NCBI GenBank assembly: GCA_964016885.1
Contig: OZ024756.1
Span: 21,080,001-21,144,000, forward strand
DNA: 64,000 nt
Source of the DNA: Eledone cirrhosa
Taxonomy: Eukaryota
Direction of reading: 5' to 3'
Part shown: piece after piece, positions 1 to 14,071 of the stretch
Layout of the letters: each line of letters starts with the position of its first letter
How positions within the stretch are numbered: position 1 is the stretch's first letter
Position numbers and translations under genes: made by a program
The notes under the pieces: generated by a model
Database searches by the model: none
Seen by the model: only the letters and a program-made list of their open reading frames with translations
What the model was told of the DNA's origin: nothing

Positions 1-185
1 ATGTATATATATATATATTTAGAGAGAGAGAGTGATATATATATATATATATATATATATACGGAATATTTACCCAGACACACACAGACACATATATAAA
101 TGTATAGATATGTATATATATTATTTATATATACTCACATGCATAGACACATATATATGTATATATATTGAGAGAGGGAGATATG

Positions 186-223
<38 letters not shown>

Positions 224-281
224 GACAGGCTGTAGAAATTGGAGCTCAGAAACCCAATGAAACTTGTTTATGTCACTGTTG

Positions 282-322
<41 letters not shown>

Positions 323-638
323 TAGCGAGGTTTTTTATATGAAATCGTGTGTTGAAACAAATATTGTTATACGATGTTAAACAAATATATATACTATGTT
401 GCAGATGTGCAACGAAAGATTTATGTAAATTATGTAATCTATATATATGTGTTTGTGTCTATATTGTATCTGTATTATTTTTGACCGTCGGTCAGTCAAT
501 GGCAACATTGAGGACCGATTAAGTTAGAGCGCAGATATAAAAGACAGCGAGAAGCGAAAACCAACCAAACAGTGAGTGTGTTCTGTTATTAATTCTGGCA
601 ATATTACACAAATATGACCCCCCCCCCCCCCCAAGTAT

Positions 639-685
<47 letters not shown>

Positions 686-699
686 GTCTCGTAGAATCG

Positions 700-799
700 A
701 GACATATCCGAGGATCCTGCGGCGATTTCAGAGTCAGGTTTGATCATTGCATCGATCGTGCCTCGAGCTGGTCGTCAGAGAAGCGATTGTAATATGTCT
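700..799 (+). ncRNA. Hammerhead-like motif with non-canonical core (CCGAGGA...GAAG) and extended stem II
   Basis: AGACATAT-CCGAGGA-[long stem II containing GATC..GATC]-GAAG-CGATTG-TA-ATATGTCT-AATAAA. Stem I is a perfect 8 bp. The stem II interior is homologous to the copies at 25953 and 37130. Confidence 0.6.
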
Positions 800-844
800 A
801 ATAAATCTTATTCGTCGCACCACTGATTCTCCGTTTGTTATGTG

Positions 845-892
<48 letters not shown>

Positions 893-993
893 AACAAGGG
901 GAGAAGAATACTGCATGGTTGCACATGGATTACATATTATAAAATTAGTCCCTCATCAGTGATTTGCCAACCGTCATTGGTATTTCATCGCAT

Positions 994-1037
<44 letters not shown>

Positions 1038-1204
1038 TGAAACATATCTGTACCAAAACACAGCAACTGTACTTGCTATTAACTAAAATCTGTGCACCCT
1101 GAACTACGGGTTATAGTTTCGTTACTGCAATCTCGCAGAATTATTGAGTGGGTGAAGCGTTGGTCGGAGACCATTGTGTTAATATCAACGATTTTCTTAA
1201 ACCT

Positions 1205-1255
<51 letters not shown>

Positions 1256-1258
<3 letters not shown>

Positions 1259-1505
1259 AACAAAAGATGGTTAAAAGAGTTCCATGTATTTTATTATGCG
1301 CATTTCAAAAACAAATATCATCATGCAATAATATTTGTGTTTTCATCAGATAAAACAGGAGGACATGATATGAAGGTTAAAAAAACACTTGTGGATAGTT
1401 CAGTTTTAAATCTGATGAAAACACAAATATTATTGCATGATGATATTTGTTTTTGAAATGCGCATAATAAAATACATGGAACTCTTTTAACCATCTTTTG
1501 TTCTT
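1256..1505. mobile_element. Fold-back PLE-type element: ~95-bp inverted arms, each with an HHR core
   Basis: aagaacaaaagatgg...tcatcagat and atctgatga...ccatcttttgttctt are reverse complements around a ~60-bp spacer. (TA)n lies on the left. Confidence 0.75.
1288..1356 (-). ncRNA. Minimal type I hammerhead ribozyme
   Basis: Minus strand: GTTTTAT-CTGATGA-[AAACACAAATATTAT..ATGATATTTGTTTTT]-GAAA-TGCGCA-TA-ATAAAAT. Stem I is 6-7 bp and stem III is palindromic. A plus-strand copy with a weaker stem I lies at ~1410-1472. Confidence 0.8.
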
Positions 1506-1598
1506 ATATATTATGTATACTCCAGTCCTACAAACTGTAGAGTGCTTCTTATCCGATATCTGCATTGCTTTATTGTGCTACAATAAAACTCACCTCCT

Positions 1599-1672
<74 letters not shown>

Positions 1673-2020
1673 AAGGGTCGTTGAAAGTTGTGAAAATGGT
1701 GAGAGTGGGTGAGTCTATTTATGACAGTGGGTCGAACAAAAACGTTTGGGAGAGAGCACTCGCCATTGGTGGTCAAGGTTTTTTTTAGACCTGTGAATTT
1801 CTTCAATTAGCTTTAGGTATTCAACTCTAACTAGTATATTAAAACAACATCAGGCAACATAAGATAGTGTACGTCTCTCTCTCTCTCTGTTCTGTTTTCC
1901 TTATATATTCCATTTTTTTCCACTTCATGTTCTATATTTATTTTTTATTTATTTCTATTTTTCCAGTGCTTTCATGTTTTTCCTGCTAACTCACACCTCG
2001 GAGTTCCTACACCCACTCTC

Positions 2021-2049
2021 CTGATGAAGGGCTTATGTCCGAAATGTCG
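2021..2049 (+). ncRNA. Degenerate hammerhead core
   Basis: CTGATGA-A-GGGC-TTAT-GTCC-GAAA-TG-TC. Stem I is not intact. Confidence 0.45.
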
Positions 2050-2092
2050 TTACCCTACCCACCCACCCACTCTCACCCAGCGTGAAACTAAT

Positions 2093-2282
2093 AATTGTTT
2101 CTACTATTGGCACAAGGCCAGCAATTAACCAGTACATTACTGGTACTTTATTTTATCGACCCCCGTAAGGATGAAAGGCAAAGTTAACCTCGGCGGGATT
2201 TGAACTCAGAATGGCAAGGGCCGTAACTCTATGCGTCAAAGCATGGCGTCCGACCCTCTACCGATACTGCCAATTCACCGCC
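2093..2282 (-). mobile_element. tRNA-derived SINE, family A (Meta-domain-like core)
   Basis: Minus strand: A-box-like TGGCAGTATCGGT, B box GAGTTCAAATCC, core CTTTGCCTTTCATCCTTACGGGGTCGATAAAATAAAGTACCAG, and an (ATT)-type tail. More than 15 full or partial copies occur in the window. Confidence 0.85.
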
Positions 2283-2490
2283 ATAATAATACCATGCAAC
2301 ATTTACTACTGCGTTTGTTTGTTTTCTGTTGTTTCGAACTAATATATATATATATAATTACGTCTTTCATATAATTGTTCTGCATCCCCTTGCATAGAAC
2401 CACAAAGGTACTAAGACATAACATATATATTTGCTAGCATGGGTATACATCTGTATACATATGTTGGTAGATATACTAATTCTCACTCTC

Positions 2491-2756
<266 letters not shown>

Positions 2757-3590
2757 ATATATATATATATATATATATATAATGCATATATATATATACA
2801 CAAGGTGCCTGCCATATGGCTATCATAGAATAGTCTAATAGAACAGATCGATCTAGAGGAGTAAGCTTCGATAAAATATATTCTATATATTCTAGCCATT
2901 ATAAAAAGCAAAATGAATGTTTCCCCTTCGAATGAGGGACGACTCAAGAAGAAGTAGCAGCAGCAGCAGTGGTAATAGTAATTATTTGTTTTTGTATTGT
3001 CATTGAGTAGGGTACCATCCGTTCTGTTTATTGTCTTTTTATTGTCCTCAAGTAGGTTGTCAGGCCAATGGAGAAAATTCACTTCTTTTAATTGTAACAT
3101 ATTCATTTAATGGCGGGGTTGACCAGAAGAAGGAAGCCAAACAAAAAAACACTGTACACTTCCGGCCTATGTTTTTTTTGTCTTCCTTTATGTTCTTGAA
3201 GCCCAGTATTTGTTGCAAATTGGACGTAAATATGGAGGAGAGATGGCATGGCATCATCAGACATTCAGAGACATAAATATGCCACAAATGAAAAAACAAA
3301 GACTAAATATATGCGACATTAAAATTAAAAAATTAAATGCATCCTCCATCAACGACCAGTATTCCGGAACTACCTACTGGTTTTATTGTTTTGTAAGTGC
3401 TTGAGGAGGCCAAATGAAAGTGTGACAAGGTGCGGTAACTAGACTACACATACACACACACACATATATGTATGTGCGAAAATATAGCATGTATGTGTAT
3501 ATATATATGTATATGTATGTATATATATATTCAATTAAAGAAAGTTGGTTGATTGAAAATCTGTCGACATTTTTACATCTCATGTGGATT

Positions 3591-3665
3591 TTTTGTCTGA
3601 AGAGAACACGTAGGGCAGATAATATTATACAGCTGTCATACGTCTTCGAAATACGTATAACAAAA
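3591..3665 (+). ncRNA. Minimal type I hammerhead ribozyme
   Basis: TTTTGT-CTGAAGA-[GAACACGTAGGGCAG..CTGTCATACGTCTTC]-GAAA-TACGTA-TA-ACAAAA, with an overlapping AATAAA. Stem I is a perfect 6 bp and stem III is palindromic. Confidence 0.8.
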
Positions 3666-3864
3666 TAAATAAGGATGGACAAATGAAACCCTCTTTCTTG
3701 CTTATTTTATATATATATATATATATATATATTTATGCATACATGCTCATAGACACATATATATAAGTACATAAACACTTACGCACACACATATACATGT
3801 ATGTATATACATATGTACATATATACATACATATGAATACAAAAACCGGCACCCACAAAAAACC

Positions 3865-3956
<92 letters not shown>

Positions 3957-4562
3957 TGGATGGTCAACTTACACAGTTTCTATACACACATCGATTAATC
4001 AATAAAAAGAATCTACACGACTTTAAATTTATTATGAAAATATAAATATATTGCATAAAATATAATGAATATTATTGAATAAACGGTTATTGACAATCGG
4101 TAGAGCATCGAAGAACATATGGTTACGACCTTTTACGTTCTGAGTTCAAATTCCGCCCAGGTTAGTTTTGCCTTTCATCTTGACGAGGTCAATAAAATAA
4201 AGTACCAGTAACGCATTGGGATCGATTTAGACCACTTTCCACCCAACTTCCTTTCAAATTGCTGGCCTAGTGCCAAAAGTAGAAACCAATCTATCTGAAT
4301 GTGAGATAGACAATTTCCTGTATTGTATCACTCACTTTACCTATTACAACATAATGATATTGAAGTCAAGTGTCAGGAACTAAATAAATATATTGTCATT
4401 ATGTAAGACAACTTCTGACTTCGAAGTTGTTCGATGTTGTTGTTTATTTAGTCTTAGATAACAAATACACAGAACACACACACGCGCGCGCGCGCTTGAA
4501 GGGGAGGAGGTGGGGGTTCTTCTCTGAAGACCTGCTGATCAGTTCTCCTGACAGTTTTTTTC

Positions 4563-4611
<49 letters not shown>

Positions 4612-4681
4612 AATAAAGATTCAGCGAGAATCGCATTTTCGGCGGGCAGGAAAAAAAAAAAATATATATTTATATAGTAAT

Positions 4682-4866
4682 AATTGTTTCTATTTTTGGC
4701 ACAAGGCCAGCAATTACCCAGTGCATTACTGGTACTTTATTTTGTCGACTCCGTAAGGATGAAAGGCAAAGTTAACCTCGGCGGGATTTGAACTCAAAAT
4801 GGCAAGGGACCTAACTCTATGCGTCAAAGCATGGCGTCCGGCCCTCTACCTGTTACTGCCAATCCA
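4682..4866 (-). mobile_element. SINE family A copy
   Basis: Near-identical to 2093-2282. Confidence 0.85.
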
Positions 4867-5026
4867 TAGTAATAATAATAATAAATGGAAGGTTAGTAAA
4901 ATCGAAGTTATGGCGGTGGCCAAGCTAACGAGATATAATTAAGTTTGCACAAAAGCACTCAATAAAGTTGTATCGATGAATCGATAGGCTGAACCTTAGA
5001 GTAATTAACACACATATATATATATA

Positions 5027-5132
5027 CAGGATGCCACCCCCCTACAAAAGGTATACACACTTTGATTACCTGTACAGGCAATATTTATTAGAATGCCGTT
5101 GAAGTATGTATACCTTTTTTGGAAACAGCCTG
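5027..5132. mobile_element. Short Tc1/mariner-type MITE
   Basis: Imperfect TIRs cagg..aaaaggtatacac / gtatacctttttt..cctg with TA flanks. Relatives at 12725-12803 and 37398-37472. Confidence 0.55.
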
Positions 5133-5221
5133 TATATATATATATATATATATATATTATATCATACGTATTATATATATATTATATATATATATTATAC
5201 TTGGTTGATTTGATTTGAATT

Positions 5222-5387
5222 TGAAAATGTTGGAAGCCCAAACGAGGAAAATAACTTTAACAACAGTCAGTCGCTATAAATAATAGCTTAGAATATCGGA
5301 TAAAATATCCCTTCTTTCTTAGCTATTATTTATAACGATCGACCGTTGTTGCAGTTATTTTCCGCATTTGGGACTCACATATTTTCA
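5222..5387. repeat. Imperfect palindrome (~70-bp arms)
   Basis: ggaaaataact..tataaataatagct pairs with agctattatttata..agttattttcc. Confidence 0.7.
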
Positions 5388-5506
5388 TATATATATTTAT
5401 ATATATAATATCCTAATGGATACACATAGATGTAATACATATTTGAAATATAATGCATTATTAGTACAAGTAAATGAAAGCAGTACAAGTAAATGAAATA
5501 AGAAAG

Positions 5507-5547
<41 letters not shown>

Positions 5548-6533
5548 ATAGTTATTCCGGGTTCAATCGGGGGTAACCACAGTAGTAAGTAAGGTACTCA
5601 ATACATGGCAGAGTATCAGTATACTCTGTGCAACTGTGGGAGCCCCTGCATAGACACACTGGAAGAGGAAGACCGAGGTTGATATATGTTGATGTATATA
5701 TATATATATATATACACACACACTAAAGTCTTTCATATTTTATATCACTCATCATTGAGAATAATGTTTTTAGATTGTTCATGTTAGTTGGTATTTCGGC
5801 ATAAAATCCCCTTGTCAAACCTTGAGAAGCAGCAGCGAATAGAATTAATGTCGATGTCCTGAGGATGTCATTGTGTCGCCATCTCCAAAATACATTAAAT
5901 ACAGACTGATAGCACCATCGCTTATCCATAGCCTCCATTGTGTCTGGTAAACTTCCGTAGGATGTAATCCTCAGAGGGTCTTTACATTTGAAGCATCAGT
6001 AGGTAATATACGACTTCCCCTTCCGGTTTAGAGCGATAATCCTACTGAAATCCCGTGATATCCATCTTGATGTAATGTAGTAACCGTATTTTGTCCCTTT
6101 CCCGTTCTCTCCACCTGGCTAAGCGGATATATAGTTGAAATATATTCTATGGAACACATTACTGTCAATACAATTAAATGAATTATGAAAGCCGTACAAT
6201 ATATTTTATAATTTACTAGGCAAACAGGATAGTATAGCTATACGCTACATATATTTTATTTCAACTACACAGATTCGCAAGCCCAGGAGGAAGAGGAAGA
6301 GGAACCTAATTAATGCGGCCACGCCACATTAGGGTGTTTTGAAGTTACAGTGAGGTTGACGCTGTACACCGGAAGAAGATGTCGAATGCTATCAGTAGGG
6401 TTTTCGAACAGAAATCCTGTTTAGGTTTCCGGACGAAGAGGACATTGGGACTAAGCGATGGAGTTAGCAACAAGGTGACATTCAGTGAGCATTTCAAACC
6501 CTGTAAGAATTATTGTTGTCAGGTCACTCCAGA

Positions 6534-6715
6534 GGGCTACTGGTAACATGTACCTAGTAAAACCTGTCACATGGTCGGATCATCAGCGACTAAACCGGCA
6601 ACCCTAACAAGTCTACTTGGGGAGGAGGGTGATTTTGGATATCCTACAGGAGGAAAAACAAAACCTGTCAAAGGCCGGAGGAACCCATGAGAGTCAACGG
6701 CCATCTAATAGTGTG
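6534..6715 (+). mobile_element. RTE-like LINE 5' region, related to 29484-29660
   Basis: Shares gctactggtaacatgta..gcgactaaac..aaaaacaaaacctgtcaaagg..agagtcaa with 29484-29660. Confidence 0.55.
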
Positions 6716-7887
6716 TACACTCTCTCAGTTCGAAGACCGACCTGTTATGGTGAAAAGCCACATCCTACATGAGGTACCTCTAGCAGAACAGGTCGGATCT
6801 ACAGAAGTAAGCCTCGATAGTAATCCTGCTTGTCTCATAGTAAGTAGTAGCTTATCCAACAATCATCAGTCGAATAAAATGACCTTATAAACTATAAAAA
6901 TACGCCCTATGGAGTTGAAATCAATGCATGCAAGGTTTCATAGTTCAAGCGTCACTCCTTCATAGTCAGTCTATGAACTTTTCAGCCCACCCTCGTAAGG
7001 GCGGACGCGTAACTTTGGTTTTATGCTGTTATGTAGATGAGTGACACACTTCACACTAAATTCAACTCTGTTATCTTTCGCCGGGAACTTTCCTCAGATA
7101 ATCAGATAGTAGGTGAGACAGTTAGATGAAGTGAGTAGATGTCATTAATAAAATTACTTATTTAGCTGACTGCGCAGCCGTCCGAGTAAGAACTCTTCAT
7201 CACTGCTTGTTTATTGAACGACCAGAGTTTAAAGTTTGTCGTCTTGTGTAACTTGAAGAAAATCATTATAAAATATGGAAATGATTATTTTATCATTTCA
7301 ATCAAAATATCGTTGCTGGCGAGATTTAAAACCGAGGTTTGGTATATATATATATATATATATATATACAGTAGAATGATCGAGAATCGGAATATCGGCC
7401 CACGAAATCACGATAAACAATATCCGACATGTGTGGCAGAGGGCTCAATAGTTTGGATAAACCAGAGCTATAACTATCGTTAAAATACCAACACACAGAG
7501 ATCATGCCTAAAATCACCCGTGCAGCCGAAAAAGAACGATCAGGAAGATTCGGGTCACTCAAATAAAATATCAATAAATTAATAAATTAAATGAATGTAA
7601 ATATATATATATATAAAGAGTCGGGACTCGACGGTTGAGCTCCTGCCATTTCAACGGCTAGTTCCGGACTAGTTCAGCCGTCGGGTCCCGACTTTTCTAA
7701 CATAGCCATATTCTACCACCCCAAGTATCAAATATTCTGTTGAGTAATGGTCTAGCTAGTTTTAAACTGGTTCTATCCTGATATATATATATATATATAT
7801 ATATGAATATATATGAATAAATGTACGGGTAAAATTCTTCACTTTTTTCCATACTTCACGCCTAGCGTTTGATTTTCCTATACATTT

Positions 7888-7926
<39 letters not shown>

Positions 7927-8029
7927 TGTCGTTATATTTGGGGAGTGTCATATTGTTATAATATTGCTAGAAATAATAATAGAATGCGCAAACAGAGACA
8001 AGAATAAATAAATAAATAAATAAATAAAT

Positions 8030-8362
8030 AAAATAAAAATGGTGTAGGCATTACAGTACAACGGGAGGAAACATAATAGTACCACTGATGATGTCACAGA
8101 TGTGTGACGAAAGAACTTTGATAGACTATATATATATATAATTATATCTGTATTTTTAACCGTTGGTCAATCAATGATAAACATTGATTGCCAGATAAAT
8201 TAACTATTGAGATATAAAAGATACAGAAGCGAAAACTAACCCAAACCAAACAGTGAGTGTGTTCTATTATTATTTCCGGCAACGTTATAACAATATGACC
8301 CTCCCCAAGTATAACAATATTTGTTTCGACACACGATTTCATATAAAAAAAACCTTGCAAAA
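8030..8362 (+). mobile_element. HHR-bearing (TA)n-associated element, diverged relative of 57877-58830
   Basis: HHR at 8083-8120 (CTGATGA-T-GTCACA-GATG-TGTGAC-GAAA). The downstream body matches 58630-58830 and 58431-58490. Confidence 0.7.
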
Positions 8363-8848
8363 CAAATAAAATTCTGTCGATTAATGAAAATATCAATAGG
8401 ATTATGCAGTGAAACTGTTAAAAAAATGTTTTATCTTTTTTTTTGTATTTTACTTTACACGTGTTGATAGTAATGAAAGTGTTTGTTATTGTTGTTGTTT
8501 TAATGGCGGTAGTGGTCGTTTCCGTGACGATGGTAGTTGTGGTGGTGTCAGTTGCAGATGTGATAGCAGAAAAGGAGAAAACTAGGCTTTACAATGTTAA
8601 ATTATAATACTCACAGCAAGTACTTCGAGTTGGGTGTACCCGACTTTCCACTGCTAAATACATACTTTCATGCATTTTAAATTTGTTTCTGGTTTTAATA
8701 CTGATACAATTTCACTTCTCAACTTTCTTTTTCGCATGTTTTTACTCTCATTAGAACATGTTCAAAATTAATTTGATATGTAAGATATGTAAATGCTCGT
8801 ACTTTTTAACTTATTTCTTTTTTTAATGCGTTTTTGTTCAAACTATTA

Positions 8849-9275
8849 GAGTGAAAACTCGGTTCACGAACGCCTCTCATCACAAATAAATCAGTTCACG
8901 AATAATTTTTCCAAACATAAAACATCTTGGTTCACGAATGGTGTCTCGAGTAACGAACACGAAAGCCGGTGACAACGGTTGGCGACAAGCTGGGAGTATT
9001 GGCGGATAAGCGTCACTTGCTGTGTAGTTAGTTGTGCTATTAAGTTAGACATGACCTTGGCCAATATTGGACGAAACCTATCAAAATTATCAAAGTTATG
9101 GTGATATCTATCTGCCTTTCAAACACAATCTCTCTCACTGCATTTCTCTCTCAACATCTCGTATGGGACAAATAATTTCGAACATATCGGGTAACGAATG
9201 GTCTTCCGGATCGAATTAGGTTGAGCTGAGGTTCTCAACTTAAGGTTCAACTTAAGTTGAGCTGAGGTTCCACTG
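8849..9275. mobile_element. pogo/Tigger-like MITE
   Basis: TA-gagtgaaaactcggtt ... gctgaggttccactg-TA (CAGT-type imperfect TIR), with internal gttcacgaa repeats. Confidence 0.6.
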
Positions 9276-9789
9276 TATATACATATTTTTCAACGTTCGT
9301 CTGAAAAAATTGCATATTTTCCTCTCTCTTTTTAAAACGTTATTGAAAAGGAAGTAGTAGTATTGTCCATAGTATTTTCAGGATCCCCCTCAAAGACCTG
9401 TGAGGTTAATGTGGACGACGTTTATCGTGAACATCCGTAGGTTAACGCCTACAGGATAAACGTGTACAGAGTAAGAACCAGAGAGTGTTTCTGAATGTCT
9501 GATTAGAGTAAATGAAGTTTAAGGCATTCAAGGACACGATATTGTTCTCGTTCTTATAGTCGAACCTAAAGTGAACTCTGACCGAGTAGGTTATCTTATG
9601 ATAAAAGGTGTCTTTTTTGTATATTGGTTAATACGTCCTTCCTATTTTTTAACAATGTAGGTTTAGATTAGAAGGATATTTGACTGCTATTTCTAGTAAT
9701 CCGAGTGGTCGCACAAACATTGGTAAGTGCACCTCATCTCCTCACAAAAATGAAAAAAAAACTGAAAAAAAGAGCCATGATATCATAAT

Positions 9790-10390
9790 GATAATTTCTA
9801 ATCTAGACACAAGACCAGCAGTTTAGAGGAAGAGGGAAGTTGATTAAATCGACCACAGTACGTTACTGGTACTTTATTTTATCGACCCCGTAAGGATGAA
9901 AGGTAAAGTTTACCTCGGCGTGATTGGAATTTAGAATGTAAAGGGCTGTAACTCTATGCCACAAAGCATGTTGTCTAACGCTCTACCGATACTGCCAATC
10001 CATTTCTAATCTATTGATTGACCTCGTAAGGATATAAGATAATGTTCACCTTGGTAGGATTAGAATGTAAAGGGCTGTAACTCTATGCCACAAAGCATGT
10101 TGTCTGACGCTCTACCGATACTGCCAATCCATTTCAAATCTATTGATTGACCCTGTAAGGATGTAAGGTAAAGCTAGGCTCGGTGGGATTAGATTGTAAA
10201 GGGATGTAACTCTATGCCACAAAACGTTGTCCGACGCTCTACCGATACTGCCAATCCATTTCTAATCTATTGATGTAAGGATAAGCTCACTTTGGTGGGA
10301 TTAGAATGTAAAGGGCTGTAACTCTATACCACAAAACGTTGTCCGACGCTCTACGGACTCTGCCAATCCGTTTCTAATCTATGCGCAGGT
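9790..10390 (-). repeat. SINE A copy followed by tandem duplications of its head
   Basis: Four units of aatgtaaagggctgtaactctat..acgctctaccgatactgccaatcc. Confidence 0.75.
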
Positions 10391-11082
10391 CAACAGTTTT
10401 AGGGAAGTGGAAAATTGATTAAATCGGCTTCTGTACTAAACTGATACTTCATTTTATCATCCCAGAAAAACATGAAAAACAGAGTGAGTTGATTTTGGCG
10501 GTATGTGAACTCAGAATGTATTACACTACAGAAAAACTAAATCTGTTAAGTGTTTACTTGATTGTTTAATATTTATTTTTACGACCCAACGGTTCGTTGC
10601 GTCAGTTATTCTAGTGTTTCGTAAAACATATTTAAGAAACTATTTCAGCTATAATCTCCGGACATATTTTATAAGCTTAGTAATCCACCGAAAACAAAAT
10701 GCAGACAGAATTAAGTTACACATTTTAATACTACGTTTATTGGATTTCTTTATTAGTAACATTACTTTAACATATAGAATTTCAGTGGGGATTTGTAACG
10801 GTGTTCAACTGCATACAAAACCAGACATTCAGTCTGAGCATCTACTGCATTCGGTATGTATGTATCTTATTGTCAGCAATTGAATAATGGGCGATATGAT
10901 ATATATATATATATTATATATATATATATACGCAATATAGAGAGAAGACTACACAAAAGAATGTGTCTTCAATTACAGGGGAGTAATTAACTCCGTTGTT
11001 TCATTTGATATATATATATATATATGTACGTACGTACGTGCATGTATGTATGTATGTATGTATATATATATATATGTATGCA

Positions 11083-11665
11083 TCAAAGGGCAAAGGAGCT
11101 CTTAAGAGTCAATAGCCATCCAAAATCACCGGGAGAGATGACCCCTTAGCCTTTGTCAAGGCAGAATTCTAGGAGAAGGAAAACTCTGATATAACACCTG
11201 CAACTCTGATGGTATCCAATGATGTTGACTTGTTCTTCTTTTTGGTAAATATCATCTTGGTTAAGAGAGTGGGACTGGCTTTGTGCAGTGCCTTTGCTCA
11301 CTATAAAAGCTTCACGGCGCAGGCATTGCTTTATATCTGGAGATCTCTCTGCACTTGTTGTCACGTGGTACCATGGGCCCAGCACTATGTGTCAATAATT
11401 GTCACAAGTGTAGTGTTTGTACCAGAGTTTTCAAGTCGCTGGCTGGACTAAAGTCACATTCGTTCAGCGCTTCGGTAGGGGTTCTCCTACATGGATATAA
11501 AGTAGTGGCCGTACTCGAAAACGAGTTGGCAGCCACCATGTATGTATGTATGTATGTATGTATGTATGTATGTATGTATGTATGTATGTATGTATGTATG
11601 TATGTATGTATGTATGTATGTATGTATGTATGTATGTATGTATGTATGTATGTATGTATGTATGT
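11083..11665 (+). mobile_element. Non-autonomous RTE-like element (5' UTR fused to 3' end), (TATG)n tail
   Basis: Near-identical to 29620-30146. Motif ctaggagaaggaaaactctga, C2H2 remnant CSVCTRVFKSLAGLKSH, then a microsatellite tail. Confidence 0.65.
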
Positions 11666-12027
11666 AGACCTTTCTTCAATTAAAACAGTTTCAAGTACAT
11701 GCATCATTTGATCTAAACGACTTTCACGTGCGTTGCGTGAGCATGGCCTTTTTTTATTTTTTTTATTTCGCTGCAGAAAGGAATCTAAGTCCTTGGAGGG
11801 GCTAAAAAGTCATGTTCTTGCCACTCATGTGATAAAAGGGTCAAGGGATGGCAATTCTCTAAACTGGGATTCAGCAATCATTTATGTGCGTGTGTGAATG
11901 TGTGCGTGTGTGTGTATATATATATAACGTATATATGTATGTAAAAGGTAAACAGAAATAACAACACAATCGGTACAGTATATGGAAGGAATATATTAGG
12001 TTAATGCTTGAAATAGCAGGAAGAGGG

Positions 12028-12063
12028 TCTTAACGTTTCGGACGCTAGTCCTTCATCAGAAGA
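12028..12063 (-). ncRNA. Minimal type I hammerhead ribozyme
   Basis: Minus strand: TCTT-CTGATGA-A-GGAC-TAGC-GTCC-GAAA-CG-TT-AAGA. Palindromic AACGTT across stem III. Confidence 0.7.
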
Positions 12064-12191
12064 AAGAAGGAGAAATAAAATAGTTTGAAGAGATGAGCTG
12101 GTCGGAATTGGAAAAAAATGCCTGTAGATAAAAATAATAGGTCCATTCATGTTATATATATACACAGTAACTTCATGTTACACTCTCTTCC

Positions 12192-12249
<58 letters not shown>

Positions 12250-12448
12250 CTTTAGGTTTGTTGGTTCACCACTGAATAGAACTGGTCATTCCGTATGGTC
12301 AATCCTGGTGTAATATTGTGAAGAGTACTCAACGCAGTGCAGTTCACCCATCTTCGTTTGTGTAGTTGGTGGTGCGAATACGGAGTTAATTATAAATGAA
12401 ATAAAATAACAGGAGGCTGGACTGGTGTAAATCCTTGAAATGTTTATT

Positions 12449-12506
12449 ATACTATGATCATTTCAATGACCGGGTTCCATATGAATCCGGTGATATCATC
12501 AGGTAT
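12449..12506 (-). ncRNA. Minimal type I hammerhead ribozyme
   Basis: Minus strand: ATAC-CTGATGA-[TATCACCGGATTC..GAACCCGGTCATT]-GAAA-TGATCA-TA-GTAT-AATAAA. Confidence 0.75.
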
Positions 12507-12656
12507 TGGAATATAACAAAGGAATATGTAAAAAACCATGGGTCCGAAAAATCAGAGACAGAGACAGAGAGGACGACTGACCAACTAGCTTCTCGGCCAG
12601 TCTTTGAGCACTCTTCACTCCTATGGCTTTTTCAATTTTCAACGGAAACTTCAATA

Positions 12657-12724
<68 letters not shown>

Positions 12725-12726
<2 letters not shown>

Positions 12727-12803
12727 AGGTGGCCGACCAAAATGTATTCACACTTTAACAGAATTCTAATAAAAGTGTATATATATCTTTTGGGGACACC
12801 CTG
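12725..12803. mobile_element. Short mariner-type MITE
   Basis: caaggtggcc..aaaatgtat / atatatcttttggggacaccctg. Similar to the copies at 5027 and 37398. Confidence 0.5.
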
Positions 12804-13463
12804 TGTGTGTTGTGTGTGTGTGTTTTATCTGTATTTGTGTCGCTTTTGTTGTGTGCCGTTAGTAGTTAGTTCCTGTCACTGATAAATATAGGGTTCCTGA
12901 AATGACTTCAGTGGAGATCTTAAACTCCACCTTTTAACACCGCGTCTTCCACCCCCTCCCATTTTATCAATTTCTTATTCTTCTTGTCATCCTTCTTCAT
13001 TTCGGATGCCCCAATCTCTACTCTCTTCTTTCCCCTATCTCGGTACCCTATCCCCAATCAAACCATGTACTTTACAAAAGAGAATCAAAGTATAAGTGAC
13101 CCCTGTAGAAAGAAACAAAGACAGAGTTAGAAAAAAAAAAGATTTAAAAAGAAACTTTAGTAATACACAGACGTACAGATACAAACCCACATACAACCCC
13201 TACCCGTGTGCTGTAAAAATGTGATAATGTTGCCGACATGACTTTGATTGAAGTCCTCTGCCCCTCAAACAGACCAACAACAATAACAACAACAACAACA
13301 ACAATAAATACCTCGTGCAACCGATGTAGAAAATTGGAAAAGAGAAATAGAAGATTCGTAAGAAACTTTTTTTACGATGTAGTAATTCTGGAAATATACG
13401 TACACACACACAGTCACACACACACACACACACACAGTCACACACACACACACACACACACAG

Positions 13464-13496
<33 letters not shown>

Positions 13497-14039
13497 CACA
13501 CACACACACACAAACACTCACATACACACGCGCTCACACACACTCACACACACATGTGAGCGCTCACACACGCTTTCTCACTCACTCACTCACTCACATA
13601 TCCATACACACACGCTCACTGACACACACACACGCGCACACGCACACGCACACGCACTCACGCACACACACTCACGCACACACACTCGCACACGCATGTG
13701 TGCGTGAATGTGTGTGTATATGTGTGCATGAGTGAGCGTGTGTGTGGCGTAAGTGTGTATATGTGTGCGTGAGTGTGTGTGTTGTGTAAAAGTGTGTGTA
13801 TATATGTGCATGGCGTGTGCGTATATGTGTACGTTAATGTTTGTGTGTATGTGTGCGTGAATGTTAATGTGTGTGTATGTGTGTTGTAAGTGTGTATGTA
13901 TACGTATGAGTGAATGTGTGGGTGTTTTGTATAAGAGTGTCTGTGTATGTGTGCATGAGTGAGTGTGAATGTGATATGTGTATATGTGTCTTTGTTGAGT
14001 AAGAGTGTATGTATATGTGTGCGTGTGTGTTATGTAAAA

Positions 14040-14071
<32 letters not shown>

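Noticed and set aside
5860-6125. Possible RTE-like LINE 3' coding remnant on the minus strand (similar weak cases at 39700-39950 and 44980-45200)
   Set aside because: Only vague motif resemblance; needs a translated search.
11385-11465. C2H2 zinc-finger gene exon
   Set aside because: A single incomplete finger inside a duplicated repeat just before a microsatellite tail; it fits an RTE ORF C-terminus.
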